Source: an uncultured bacterium (GTDB lineage Bacteria; Oederibacteriota; Oederibacteriia; Oederibacteriales; Oederibacteriaceae). From it: DNA of 64,000 nucleotides. The notes under the pieces were generated by a model, which had not been told where the DNA came from, did not search any database, and was given only the letters and a program-made list of their open reading frames with translations. Of this stretch, positions 9,101 through 18,751 are shown in pieces. A program made the translations under genes and the position numbers. The DNA lies in contig OZ218778.1 in the NCBI GenBank assembly GCA_965112635.1, forward strand, positions 2,560,001 to 2,624,000, read 5' to 3'. How positions within the stretch are numbered: position 1 is the first letter of the stretch; each line of letters starts with the position of its first letter.

Positions 9101-10687
9101 CTATTCCCTGTAAACCCTGTAATCGATCTCCGGGAAAATATTGTCCTTGTATTCAATATCGGCGAGCCAGGGTTCGTCGATCTGGTTGTTCTTGATCTGC
9201 TCGTAGAGCTTGGTGAACCTGCCCACGTGGTCCACGGTCCTCTTGTGGGCGTATTCCACCATGGTGCCGGTCTTCATGATAAAGGCCCAGTCGCTGGATT
9301 GTGCCAGCAGCAGCTCCCGGGCCGCCTGGTTGAGCGCCCTGCGGGCCAGACCTTCCGCCTGCGGGAACCATCCGGCCATTTCCACCATCCGGTCGGCTGC
9401 CTTGTGCAGGTGACGGTAGATCCAATCGTTGCTCCCTTCCAACCAGACCTCGTGGTATCCCTTGTAGCCCCAGCTGGACATGTTGGGGACAAGCACCTGG
9501 TTGCGGGGGTATTTTTGGAGGTATTCCCAGGGAGTGGTCAGTTTGACGATGTCCTGGTCGTGATGGATCTTGCGGAAAAGGAAATTCAGGAACTGCGGGC
9601 CCTCATACCACCAGTGGCCGAAAAGCTCCGCGTCATACGGAGCCACGATGATAGGCTGCCGGCCCAGGACTCCGTAAAGATGCTCGACCTGTTTTTCCCG
9701 GTTGAACATGAAATTACCCGCGTGTTCCGCGGCTTTTTCGGTTCCCCGCCAGGGCACGTAGGGCTCCTTGTGATTGCCCGTTCCGGTGATACGGTAATAT
9801 TTGATGCCCGTGTTGATCCTCATCCCGCTTTCATGGATATAGGGCTTGATGTAATCAATAGGGAGGTCAAAACCCACGTCACGATAAAACTCCCTGTACT
9901 CAAAATCCCCCGGGTATCCCTCGACGGCGCTCCAAACTTGCTTGGAAGACTCGATATCCCTTCCAAAAGCCGCTACCCCTGAAGGGCAATAAACCGGGGC
10001 GAACACTCCAAAACGGGGCCTTTTGGAGCCAAAAAGGATCGCGTGGGAATCCACGAAAAAAAACCTGATTCCGTATTTCTTCAGCAGGACATCGTCTCCC
10101 GGGTTGTAAGCGCATTCCGGAAGCCATATCCCCCTGGGTTTCCGGCCCAAATGCTTCTCGTGGCACTGCACCGCCACGGCGATCTGGGCTTCCACGGCTT
10201 TTCGGTTGAGCATCAAGGGCAGATAGCCGTGCGTGGCCCCGCAGGTGATGATCTCCAGCTTTCCGGCGTCCTGGAATTTTTTGAAACCGCTCACCAGATT
10301 GCGGTGGTAGTAGTTCTCAAAAAGATCCAGGTCCCTTCTGAACTTCGCGGCGTACATTTTGGCGCATTCGTGGAAATTCGGGTCGAAATGGGTGCGGGCA
10401 TATTCCTTTTCGGACAACTCGATAAGCTTGTGCAGGTGCTTCAAGAACCTGTCCTGCAGCAGGGGATCGGTCATCATGGAGATAAGCGGCGGGGTCAGGC
10501 TCATGGTCAGCCTGAAATCCACCCCGTCCCGCAAAAGTCCCTCGAACATGTCCAGCAGGGGCAGGTATGTCTCTAGGACGGCTTCGTAGAACCAGTCCTC
10601 TTCCAGGAAATCTTCATATTCGGGGTGGCGGACAAAAGGAAGGTGCGCGTGGAGGACTAACGAAAGATAACCTTTTTCATTACCCAT
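9101..10687 (-). CDS. GH57 1,4-alpha-glucan branching enzyme (DUF1957 type)
   Basis: LHAHLPFV, GIWLPECAY, PYDAELFGHWWYEG, RELLLAQSSDWAF motifs. Confidence 0.93.
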   Translation of the reverse strand: MGNEKGYLSLVLHAHLPFVRHPEYEDFLEEDWFYEAVLETYLPLLDMFEGLLRDGVDFRLTMSLTPPLISMMTDPLLQDRFLKHLHKLIELSEKEYARTHFDPNFHECAKMYAAKFRRDLDLFENYYHRNLVSGFKKFQDAGKLEIITCGATHGYLPLMLNRKAVEAQIAVAVQCHEKHLGRKPRGIWLPECAYNPGDDVLLKKYGIRFFFVDSHAILFGSKRPRFGVFAPVYCPSGVAAFGRDIESSKQVWSAVEGYPGDFEYREFYRDVGFDLPIDYIKPYIHESGMRINTGIKYYRITGTGNHKEPYVPWRGTEKAAEHAGNFMFNREKQVEHLYGVLGRQPIIVAPYDAELFGHWWYEGPQFLNFLFRKIHHDQDIVKLTTPWEYLQKYPRNQVLVPNMSSWGYKGYHEVWLEGSNDWIYRHLHKAADRMVEMAGWFPQAEGLARRALNQAARELLLAQSSDWAFIMKTGTMVEYAHKRTVDHVGRFTKLYEQIKNNQIDEPWLADIEYKDNIFPEIDYRVYRE

Positions 10688-10690
10688 TTT

Positions 10691-11581
10691 TCATCCAGCC
10701 AGTCTTTTCAATGCTTCCTGATATTTTTCGGATGTTTTTTGGACCACTTCATCGGGCAGCACCGGCGCCGGCGGCTTCTTGTTCCAGCCTATTTTCAGCA
10801 GGTAGTCGCGCACATACTGCTTGTCAAAGCTGACCGGGCTGGAACCGGGCTGATAAGCATCAGCCGGCCAAAACCTGGAGGAATCCGGGGTCAGGACTTC
10901 GTCGATGAGGATGACCCTGCCCTGATAAAGACCGAACTCGAACTTGGTGTCCGCGATGATAATCCCTTTGGTCAAAGCGTATTTGGCGCCCTCTTCATAC
11001 AGCCTCAGGCTGGCGTCCCGGACCTGTTCGGCGATGGAGCGGCCCACGATGGCGGCCGCGCCTTCGAAATCGATATTCTCGTCGTGCTCGCCCTGGGGAG
11101 CCTTGGTGGCCGGCGTAAAGACCGTCTGCGGCAGCCTGTCCGCCTCTTTTAGTCCGCTGGGATGTTTTACCCCGCAGACCGTCCCCTTTTCCTTGTATTC
11201 CTGCCAGGCCGACCCGGCCAGGTAACCCCTCACCACTGCTTCAATAGCCAGGGGCTGGGCCTTTTTGACCACCACGCTGCGTTTCTGGTAAGGAACCAGC
11301 TCGGGTTTGAGCTGCGCGCTGGGCCAGGGATTTGTCGAAACAATATGGTTATCGATGACAGACCTGGTCTTGTTGAACCAGAAATTGGAAAGGCTGGTCA
11401 GTATTTCGCCTTTACGCGGGATAGGATTGGGAAGGATCACGTCAAAAGCAGAAAGTCTGTCCGTGGCCACGATGAGGAGGTTGTCTCCCATCTCGTAAAC
11501 ATCCCGGACTTTGCCTTGCTTGATCAGCTTGTAACCTGGAAGCTGGGACTGCAGGATATTCATGCCATCAGGGGAAGCCAT
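10691..11581 (-). CDS. purC: SAICAR synthetase
   Basis: GKVRDVY, TDRLSAFD, DTKFEFG, DEVLTPDSSRFW. Start moved to the ATG at 11581, which overlaps the upstream TGA (alternative ATG at 11563). Confidence 0.95.
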   Translation of the reverse strand: MASPDGMNILQSQLPGYKLIKQGKVRDVYEMGDNLLIVATDRLSAFDVILPNPIPRKGEILTSLSNFWFNKTRSVIDNHIVSTNPWPSAQLKPELVPYQKRSVVVKKAQPLAIEAVVRGYLAGSAWQEYKEKGTVCGVKHPSGLKEADRLPQTVFTPATKAPQGEHDENIDFEGAAAIVGRSIAEQVRDASLRLYEEGAKYALTKGIIIADTKFEFGLYQGRVILIDEVLTPDSSRFWPADAYQPGSSPVSFDKQYVRDYLLKIGWNKKPPAPVLPDEVVQKTSEKYQEALKRLAG

Positions 11582-12324
11582 CAAAACCCTCCGCTGCCGC
11601 TTCCAAAACGCCGCCACTCCTCGGAACCGTGGGCCCTGCGCCTGCCGCCGGAAAGGTCGAAGATCCTCTCCCATTCCTCCCCCAAGACCATCCACTCTTC
11701 GTCCGTGTAGGGGGAAACTCTTGCCCGCGGCATAAAGACCGTATTAGACCGGGCAAAGGTGATGAACCGGCCATCGTCCATCCTGAGGCCGATCTCCGCG
11801 CAATAATGCCTCTCCTGGAGGGATATGCGGTAATACCAGTTATTAATCAATCCGTCCACTTCCACGTCATTGTAACCGTGGGCGTTGGAGCCGTTAAAAT
11901 CAATGTCGGTAACGTCATAGACCCTGAGCACCAGCTTGTAACCCTGGCCCTGGTTCTGGCGCAGGGTGGTTTCCCACCGGCCCTGGGTGATCTCCCAGTA
12001 GCTGTAGATCCAATCCGGGTCGCGGGGAAGCAGTACCAGCCTTTCCTCGCCATAACCCTGCGGCAGAGCATATTTCTCTTCCTGCCTTTGCGGCCTGTGG
12101 TGCTTTGGAGGTTCCGTGGATGAGGGAAAGGCCGGGGCTTTTGTTTCGGGTTCAGTAGATTTGGGGGCAACAACCTTACGACGCTTGGCCGTTGCCTTTA
12201 GCCGGGCTACTTTCTGGCTCACTTGCTCTTTGACTTTCTTTAGGACCGTGGCTCCGGCTTTCTTGACAGTCTTTTTGAGTTTTTCCACTTTTTCTGAAGC
12301 CTTCGATGTCTTCTTAACGGGCAT
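11581..12324 (-). CDS. DUF4912 domain protein with Lys-rich N-terminus
   Basis: LPQGYGEERLVLLPRDPDWIYSYWEI, LRVYDVT, ARSN motifs; this family is typically found beside GH57 branching enzymes. Confidence 0.85.
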   Translation of the reverse strand: MPVKKTSKASEKVEKLKKTVKKAGATVLKKVKEQVSQKVARLKATAKRRKVVAPKSTEPETKAPAFPSSTEPPKHHRPQRQEEKYALPQGYGEERLVLLPRDPDWIYSYWEITQGRWETTLRQNQGQGYKLVLRVYDVTDIDFNGSNAHGYNDVEVDGLINNWYYRISLQERHYCAEIGLRMDDGRFITFARSNTVFMPRARVSPYTDEEWMVLGEEWERIFDLSGGRRRAHGSEEWRRFGSGSGGF

Positions 12325-12343
12325 GGCAACCTCCGATCAGCAA

Positions 12344-12613
12344 CTATTTTTCTTCTTCTTTTTCTTCAGCCGGTTCTGTTCTAGCCTTGGAGACTCTGGT
12401 CTCCTTCTCGTTGACTTCTACCTTGAATTCTCCCAGGGCAAACTCTTCCAGGGCGATGGAAGTCGGCTTGAGGGCCTTGGTCTGAATCAGAACTAGCGCG
12501 CCGTCATTGATCTGCCTCGCCCTTCTAGAGGCCATCATAGCCAGGCGGTATTTACTCTCGGCGTTTCCAATGGTCTCTTCGATCTCCTTATGTCTTGTGG
12601 GCACCTTTTCCAT
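12344..12613 (-). CDS. rpoZ: RNA polymerase omega subunit
   Basis: SKYRLAMMASRRARQI...KPTSIALEE. Confidence 0.9.
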   Translation of the reverse strand: MEKVPTRHKEIEETIGNAESKYRLAMMASRRARQINDGALVLIQTKALKPTSIALEEFALGEFKVEVNEKETRVSKARTEPAEEKEEEK

Positions 12614-12725
12614 CCTCCTTATATTTAATAAATCAGCTCAAACTGCCTTAAAACAATATAACACTTTGGTTAGAATTTCGAACATTTTTTCAGGGTGTAA
12701 CGGCCTGCCGGCGTGTATAAAAACC

Positions 12726-13175
12726 CTATTTCTTAAGCCCCTGGACTTCATTCATAAATTCATTGATGTCCTTAAACTGCTTGTAAACCGAAGCGAAGCG
12801 CACATAAGCCACTTCATCTAACTCCCTCAATTTACTAATGACCCATTCACCGATCACCTGGGCGGCCACCTCTTTGTCCGGATTGGCCTGGAGCTGCCGT
12901 TCGATCTCGTCCACCACGGCTTCCAGTTTCTCGGTGGAAACAGGTCTTTTTTCACAGGCCCGCCTTAGCCCGCTCAGGATCTTGTTGCGGTCAAAAGGCT
13001 CCCGGCGTCCGTCCTTTTTTACGACAACGGGAAGTTTTTCCTCGATCTGCTCGTAGGTGGTAAACCGTTTGCCGCACTTCAGGCACTCCCGTCTCCGCCG
13101 GATGGAATCCCCTTCCTTGCTGGACCGGGAATCAATGACCTTATCTTCACTGTAATGGCAAAAAGGACAACGCAC
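12726..13175 (-). CDS. nrdR: Transcriptional repressor NrdR
   Basis: MRCPFC...DSR...[20 protein letters not shown]-cone, [10 protein letters not shown]. Confidence 0.97.
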   Translation of the reverse strand: MRCPFCHYSEDKVIDSRSSKEGDSIRRRRECLKCGKRFTTYEQIEEKLPVVVKKDGRREPFDRNKILSGLRRACEKRPVSTEKLEAVVDEIERQLQANPDKEVAAQVIGEWVISKLRELDEVAYVRFASVYKQFKDINEFMNEVQGLKK

Positions 13176-13187
13176 GGGAACCCCCGC

Positions 13188-15470
13188 TTAACCCTTGCTC
13201 AGGGTCTTTAAATAGTATTTGGCTGTCGAGTTGTTCGGATTGATCTTCAATACGGCCTCCATCTCGTGGAGGGCCGACGCGGTATCGTGAAGCTTGAGGT
13301 ACACCAGACCCAGATTTAAATGGCCTTCTTCGTACCCGTCATCGATCGCCAGCGCCGCCTGGAACTCATCCCGGCACTTGGGGTACTGTCCCTTGCTCAT
13401 GAAAGCAACGCCCAAATTGCTGTGGGCATGCGCCTGCTCGTAGACGTTCCCGTACCAGTCCTTATCACCGTAGAGCGACTCGGAAAGCAGGTTGATGGCC
13501 TGGTCTGTCTGTTTCCTGACCACGGCGACATAACCCTCGTAAGCGTAAGGCACGGCGAACTGGGGATACTTGTCGCAGCAATCTTTGCTATAAGCGTAGG
13601 CCTCGTCCATCCTGTTCATGCTCATGTAACCGCTGGCCAGGTCCAGGATGAAATAGGCGTTATTGGGATCCAGGCTGATGGCTTTTTTATAATTGACCTC
13701 GGCGTCTGAGAATTTGGATCTGTCAAAGATCTCGGAATAGAATTTCTCCGCCCGGGCCAGGTTGCTGTAGTTGTAGCCATTGTAGGGATTGAGCCGGATG
13801 GTTTCAGCATAAATGTCCATGGCCTTTTGGAGAAATTCCCGGCGGTCGTTGGGTATATAGAGGGCGGACCGTTCATAGGTCAGCCCCTGCTTGACACGGT
13901 AGATCTCCATATACGGGTTCAGTTCCACGGCCCTCTGATGCAGCTGCATGGATTCCCGCAGGTACTCTTCCCCGCCATGGCTGAAAAATTCATTGCCCAA
14001 TTTGTGATAAGCGTCGGCCGTCCAAAAATTCCAGGTGTACTTAAAGCCGAAAAACACCAGGGCCAAGAAAACCAGGTACACGCCGGTCGTCATGAACCCC
14101 TTGGTGAACTTGAGGATATAATGGGTTTTGGGAAGCGGCGCCTCAGGCACATTGGCCACAATGCGGCTCAAAACTGCGATAATCCCCAAAGCGGTCCAAA
14201 ACTGCATCCCCAGCGAAACCACCGTAAAACTAAAACAGTTCTGCCATAGGAAAGCCAGCACCAGTACCATAAAGGCGAAACACAAATGCTTTTTTTCCAT
14301 TTCGCGGGTCTTTTTCATGGTCCTCCAGCCCAAGGTGAAAAGGACGGCCAGGATCCACAGGACCATCCCCAGTCCCAGCAACCCGCTGGTCGTGGCGGTC
14401 TGAAAGAACTCATTGTGGGCCTTTTCCGGGGTGCCGTTCCATTCCACCTTCCAGTAACCCAAAGGCCTGTATTCCGGGAAGATGATTTGGAAAGTGTCCA
14501 GTCCGGTCCCCAGGATGGGATAATCCCGGATGATCTCGCAGGCAGCCGTCCAAATGTACCGCCGGGGGATCTTGGTCAGGCCGTCGTAGGTCATGGTTTG
14601 TTTGAACCGCTGGTTTAGCGCCACCATGCTCGAGGAAAATATGGGCCAGACCGCGAAGAACACGAAGAGGACCACGGCCATGATGAGCCATTTCCTGTTC
14701 TCCTTGAGCAGGGTACCCCGATGGACCGTGTCCCAGACAAAGAAGACGACCCCTCCGACCAGATACAGGAAGAAAAAGAATCCCGATGACCTGGTCTCCG
14801 TGGTCAGAATGGAAAGCCCCATGATGCCGATGCTCAAACCCAGCAAAAACTTCAAGACGGTCCGGTGCGTCTGGATGAGCATGACGGCGACAACAGGGAC
14901 GATCATGATAAGGTAGGCCGCCAGGAACACAGGATTGCCCAGGGTGGAGAAATTGCGGGTCCTGATGATGGAATAGGGGTTCCACGGCACGGGGTCCATG
15001 TCCAGCCTTTGCAGGATACCGTAAAAAGTGACCAGGCCGGCGGCCAGGATCATGACGGAGATGACCGCGTAAACTCTCCGCATCGTTTTGACCTCGCTGA
15101 CGATAAAGTAAAAGAAGATGATGTAGTGGGCGATCACGATCAGCCCGAAATAGTTCTCGTACTGGCCGAAGATGCTGGTATACCGCTCGATCGAGAAGAG
15201 GGTGGCCAGCAGGGCGGCCAGAAAATACCCCAGCAGGGGTGCGTCGAACGGCGTTTTGGCCAGATCGATCTGCTGCGAAAAGTAAGCGCGGGTAGCCCAG
15301 GCGGCCAGCATCAGTAGGGTGACGACACGGAAGAACATCACCTTATTGGTCTCGAACACGTCGTTGCACATGGTCAGGAAAAGAAGCGGGACCATAAAGA
15401 TGCAAAGGATCAGGCCGAACCAGATGATCTTATTGCAGATATTGATGATTCCCGCGTTAGGTTTATTCAT
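13188..15470 (-). CDS. O-antigen ligase / O-oligosaccharyltransferase (Wzy_C) family membrane protein with C-terminal TPRs
   Basis: Many TM helices; STLGNP, RRYIW, PILGTG, AHNEFFQ motifs; several TPRs at the C-terminus. Confidence 0.85.
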   Translation of the reverse strand: MNKPNAGIINICNKIIWFGLILCIFMVPLLFLTMCNDVFETNKVMFFRVVTLLMLAAWATRAYFSQQIDLAKTPFDAPLLGYFLAALLATLFSIERYTSIFGQYENYFGLIVIAHYIIFFYFIVSEVKTMRRVYAVISVMILAAGLVTFYGILQRLDMDPVPWNPYSIIRTRNFSTLGNPVFLAAYLIMIVPVVAVMLIQTHRTVLKFLLGLSIGIMGLSILTTETRSSGFFFFLYLVGGVVFFVWDTVHRGTLLKENRKWLIMAVVLFVFFAVWPIFSSSMVALNQRFKQTMTYDGLTKIPRRYIWTAACEIIRDYPILGTGLDTFQIIFPEYRPLGYWKVEWNGTPEKAHNEFFQTATTSGLLGLGMVLWILAVLFTLGWRTMKKTREMEKKHLCFAFMVLVLAFLWQNCFSFTVVSLGMQFWTALGIIAVLSRIVANVPEAPLPKTHYILKFTKGFMTTGVYLVFLALVFFGFKYTWNFWTADAYHKLGNEFFSHGGEEYLRESMQLHQRAVELNPYMEIYRVKQGLTYERSALYIPNDRREFLQKAMDIYAETIRLNPYNGYNYSNLARAEKFYSEIFDRSKFSDAEVNYKKAISLDPNNAYFILDLASGYMSMNRMDEAYAYSKDCCDKYPQFAVPYAYEGYVAVVRKQTDQAINLLSESLYGDKDWYGNVYEQAHAHSNLGVAFMSKGQYPKCRDEFQAALAIDDGYEEGHLNLGLVYLKLHDTASALHEMEAVLKINPNNSTAKYYLKTLSKG

Positions 15471-16761
15471 GATGCCCGGGTTTCTCCCATTTTAAAAGCT
15501 CTGTGACGCTGGACAAGGTGCCCCCTTGTTCTATTTCCTTCCGGATCCTGTTCTCGCTTTCCAATACGCCCATGGCCCGGTTGGCCGATTCTACGGCCTT
15601 TTCCCTGGGCACAACCACCACGCCGTCGGCGTCCCCTACGATCCAGTCACCCGGGCAGACCCTCACCCCCGAGATCTTGATCGGCACATTGATCTCTCCA
15701 AACCCTTTGGGCTCACCGGCGGTCGGCATGACGAGCCTGGAAAAGGCGGGCAGGCCCATTTTAAGTAATTCCGGAAGATCACGCAATGCCCCGTCGATCA
15801 CGATCCCCGCCACTTTTTTTTTGAGGGCGGACAGGGTGGCCAGCTCTCCCCAGACAGCCGGGCCCACGCCCCCCGCGTCCACCACGATGACATCCCCGGG
15901 TCGGGCCTTGTCGATGGCTTCCACGGGCTTGGCCCAGTCTCCAGGATAGGTCCTGACGGTCACGGCCGGGCCGGCCATCTTGGCCCCCGCCACCCTGGCG
16001 AGGATATGGGGCAGGTCGCCATGCCGGTGCAGGGCATCGGAAATATTGGCCGTGGAAACTTTCAGGAAAGTGGCTTTTAGCTGGTCTGCTCCCACACGCT
16101 TAAAAAGGTCGGTCTTGATGGCCTTCCTGCTTTTTATCGCTTTGAGTATTATTTTGGCCGCCAGGACCGCGTCCGCTGACTTGTGGATGGCTCCACCCAC
16201 CACGATGATGGAAGCCCCGGCCTGGACAGCCTGGCCGGCTGTCTCCGAGTTGATGCCTCCCGCGGCGGCCACGGGTATCTTGACCGCCCGGCAGACCCCT
16301 TTTAGGGTTTCCCAGGGGTTGGAACCCCGCATCTGCTCGTCAATACCGGTATGGACCCCGATATAATGCACCCCCAGGGACTCCAGCTCTTTCGCCCGTT
16401 GGACCGGGTTGTTGACCTCGATGAGGTCGGCCATGATCTCCACGCCGTAATTTTTCGCTGCCTCCACGCATTCGCCCAGGCAGGCGTCCGAGGATAAAGC
16501 CAGGACTTCCACCACATTGGCCCCCGCCTTAGCCGCGATTTCTACCTCCAGCCTGCCGGCATCGATGGTTTTCATGTCCGCCACCAGGGTCGCTTTGGGG
16601 AACCTTTTCCTCAGCTCGCGGACGATATGCAGGCCTTCCGCCTTTATAAGAGGGGTCCCGGCCTCCAGCCAGGTTACTCCGCCTTTCACCGCTTCTTCAG
16701 CGCATTTAATAGCCCTGTGGCTGTCCACAAAATCAAGGGCCAGCTGTAACACCGGTTCCAT
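15463..16761 (-). CDS. Bifunctional 3-hexulose-6-phosphate synthase / RraA-like (MenG-like) protein
   Basis: LQLALD, EAGTPLIK, ADMKTIDAG, HTGIDEQ (HPS); STANISDA, WGELA, DGALRD, GDADGV (RraA/HMG aldolase fold). Confidence 0.88.
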   Translation of the reverse strand: MEPVLQLALDFVDSHRAIKCAEEAVKGGVTWLEAGTPLIKAEGLHIVRELRKRFPKATLVADMKTIDAGRLEVEIAAKAGANVVEVLALSSDACLGECVEAAKNYGVEIMADLIEVNNPVQRAKELESLGVHYIGVHTGIDEQMRGSNPWETLKGVCRAVKIPVAAAGGINSETAGQAVQAGASIIVVGGAIHKSADAVLAAKIILKAIKSRKAIKTDLFKRVGADQLKATFLKVSTANISDALHRHGDLPHILARVAGAKMAGPAVTVRTYPGDWAKPVEAIDKARPGDVIVVDAGGVGPAVWGELATLSALKKKVAGIVIDGALRDLPELLKMGLPAFSRLVMPTAGEPKGFGEINVPIKISGVRVCPGDWIVGDADGVVVVPREKAVESANRAMGVLESENRIRKEIEQGGTLSSVTELLKWEKPGHHE

Positions 16762-16899
16762 GGAACTTTGCGCTCCTTTTTAAACTAGAAATACAAACTG
16801 GTTAAGTATAACATAGCTGAGAAAACTAAGGTATAATAAGGCGTTTTAGATTTTCTCTGTTGTGGATTTTCAAAGACTTTTCAAGGGAGGAGAGCGGAA

Positions 16900-17577
16900 A
16901 TGAAAATGAATTATTTAGCGGTTCTTTTGGTTTGCTTGAGCCTGCTCCTGGCCACTTCGGCGCTTTTTGCCAAAGCCGTCAAAAAGGAACCTGGCTATTA
17001 CGCCACCTTTAGCATCAAAGGTTTTCAGAAAGGCAAGATAGTCTGCAAACTTTACGACAAGGATGCCCCCTTGACCGTGGCTAATTTTATAGGTTTGGCC
17101 CAGGGCACCCAGTCTTTTATGGACCCCGTGAGCGGTAATAAGAAGAAGGGCCGTTTCTACAACGGCTTGATCTTTCACAGGATCATCCCGAGTTTTATGA
17201 TCCAGGGTGGCGACCCCACAGGCACCGGCAGGGGCGGCCCGGGCTATCAATTTGAGGATGAATTCGCCATCAAAGTCGGCGACCAGGTCAGGGTAACCAG
17301 CACCATAACGGGCAAACAAGAGCTGGACTCCCTGGTCCATACTTTCAACGAGCCCGGCATGCTGGCCATGGCCAACTCGGGTCCGGGGACCAACGGCTCC
17401 CAATTTTTTATCACAATGGTACCCACACCCTGGCTGAACGGCCACCACACCATTTTTGGCGAGGTTGTGGAAGGCTTGGACTTGGTCAAAAAACTTAGCA
17501 CTGTTCAGCGGGACGCCAACGACAAACCTCTGGTTTCGGTGATCCTCGATAAGGTAACCATTGAAAAGGTAAAATAA
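16900..17577 (+). CDS. Exported cyclophilin-type peptidyl-prolyl isomerase
   Basis: Signal peptide; FHRIIPSFMIQGGDP, AMANSGPGTNGSQFFIT, HTIFG; RBS GGAGG upstream. Confidence 0.93.
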   Translation: MKMNYLAVLLVCLSLLLATSALFAKAVKKEPGYYATFSIKGFQKGKIVCKLYDKDAPLTVANFIGLAQGTQSFMDPVSGNKKKGRFYNGLIFHRIIPSFMIQGGDPTGTGRGGPGYQFEDEFAIKVGDQVRVTSTITGKQELDSLVHTFNEPGMLAMANSGPGTNGSQFFITMVPTPWLNGHHTIFGEVVEGLDLVKKLSTVQRDANDKPLVSVILDKVTIEKVK

Positions 17578-17608
17578 CCCCAGACCGAGGGCCTTGTTTT
17601 ACATTGGC

Positions 17609-17754
17609 AGGTGGGCCTGTCTCGCCGCTCTAGGTGGACTTGTCTCACCGTTCTAGGTGGACTTGTCTCACCGCTCTAGGTGGACTTGTCTCACCGCTCT
17701 AGGTGGACTTGTCTCACCGTTCTAGGTGGACTTGTCTCGCCGCTCGAGGTGGAC
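17609..17754. repeat. Tandem repeat, about 6.3 copies of a 23-bp unit (AGGTGGACTTGTCTCACCGCTCT)
   Basis: Units start at 17609, 17632, 17655, 17678, 17701 and 17724, with a partial unit at 17747. No spacers; overlaps the mscS 3' end. Confidence 0.97.
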
Positions 17755-18738
17755 GACCTGCTGGGGATAGGGAATGGTAATACCTTCTTTTTTAAACCTG
17801 TTGTGCAGCCTCTTGATGAACTCGTGGACCACAGCATAGCGGTCGGCGAACTCTTTAGCCTTGAGGACGACCGTGTATTGGATGGCGGATTCTCCGAAAG
17901 TGTGAAAGTTCACGACTGGCTTGAAATCAGGCACCCCTCCGGGCACATCCTTCATCACTTCCTCTGCCACTAGGACCGTCGCCATCTCCACCTTGTCCAG
18001 GTCGCTGTCGTAGGAGACCCCCAGCTGGACCGGGACCGTGACCAGTTGGTCCGGAAAATGAAAATTGGTCACGATCGCCTGGGAAAGCCGGTTATTGGGG
18101 ATGATGATGATGTTACCCGACAGCTCCTCCATCCTGCAGGAACGCCAGCCCACATCCACGACATACCCCTCCTGCCCAGACTCCAGCTTGATGTAGTCTC
18201 CGACGCGGATCTGCCGGTTGAGGATGATGTAAAACCCTGAGAACATGTTGGAAAGGGTGTCCTGCAAAGCCAGGGCGATGGCCAGGGAACTGACCCCCAG
18301 GGCGGTCAGGATGGGCGTGATGGCGATGCCTAGGCTGGAAAGGACGATCAAACCGCCCAGGCACAGCACCCCCACCCGGACGAAGATCTTGACCAGGCTG
18401 GCGGTGGACACATCCAGGGAGACCAGACCGCTGTAAAACTGCATCAGGCGGGCGGCGTAATCGGAAACGGCGAACGACAGTGAAAAAACGAACAAGATCA
18501 CGGCCGTTTTTTCCAGGATATCCAGCTGCTCCGGGCTGAAGCGGCTCAGATGGGCGGCCGCCATGGCCCCCAGCAGCATGAACCAAAAAGGCAGGTGGAA
18601 CTTGAGCGAAGGCAGGACAAAATCGCCGGTCTTGGCTTTGGTCTGGGAAGAGACTTTTTTGAGCCAGGCAAAGGCGAGGATGCCGACGGCCAGACCACCC
18701 AAGCCGGCCAGGACCAGGGTAACAGTTGTTTTTAACAT
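17722..18738 (-). CDS. mscS: Small-conductance mechanosensitive channel, MscS family
   Basis: LGVSSLAIALALQDTLSNMFSG, GDYI, IPNN, GVSYDSD, GITIPYPQ. Confidence 0.92.
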   Translation of the reverse strand: MLKTTVTLVLAGLGGLAVGILAFAWLKKVSSQTKAKTGDFVLPSLKFHLPFWFMLLGAMAAAHLSRFSPEQLDILEKTAVILFVFSLSFAVSDYAARLMQFYSGLVSLDVSTASLVKIFVRVGVLCLGGLIVLSSLGIAITPILTALGVSSLAIALALQDTLSNMFSGFYIILNRQIRVGDYIKLESGQEGYVVDVGWRSCRMEELSGNIIIIPNNRLSQAIVTNFHFPDQLVTVPVQLGVSYDSDLDKVEMATVLVAEEVMKDVPGGVPDFKPVVNFHTFGESAIQYTVVLKAKEFADRYAVVHEFIKRLHNRFKKEGITIPYPQQVVHLERRDKST

Positions 18739-18751
18739 GGGCCTCCCTTGA

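Noticed and set aside
17609-17754. CRISPR array
   Set aside because: The 23-bp units are directly adjacent with no unique spacers, and there are no cas genes in the window.
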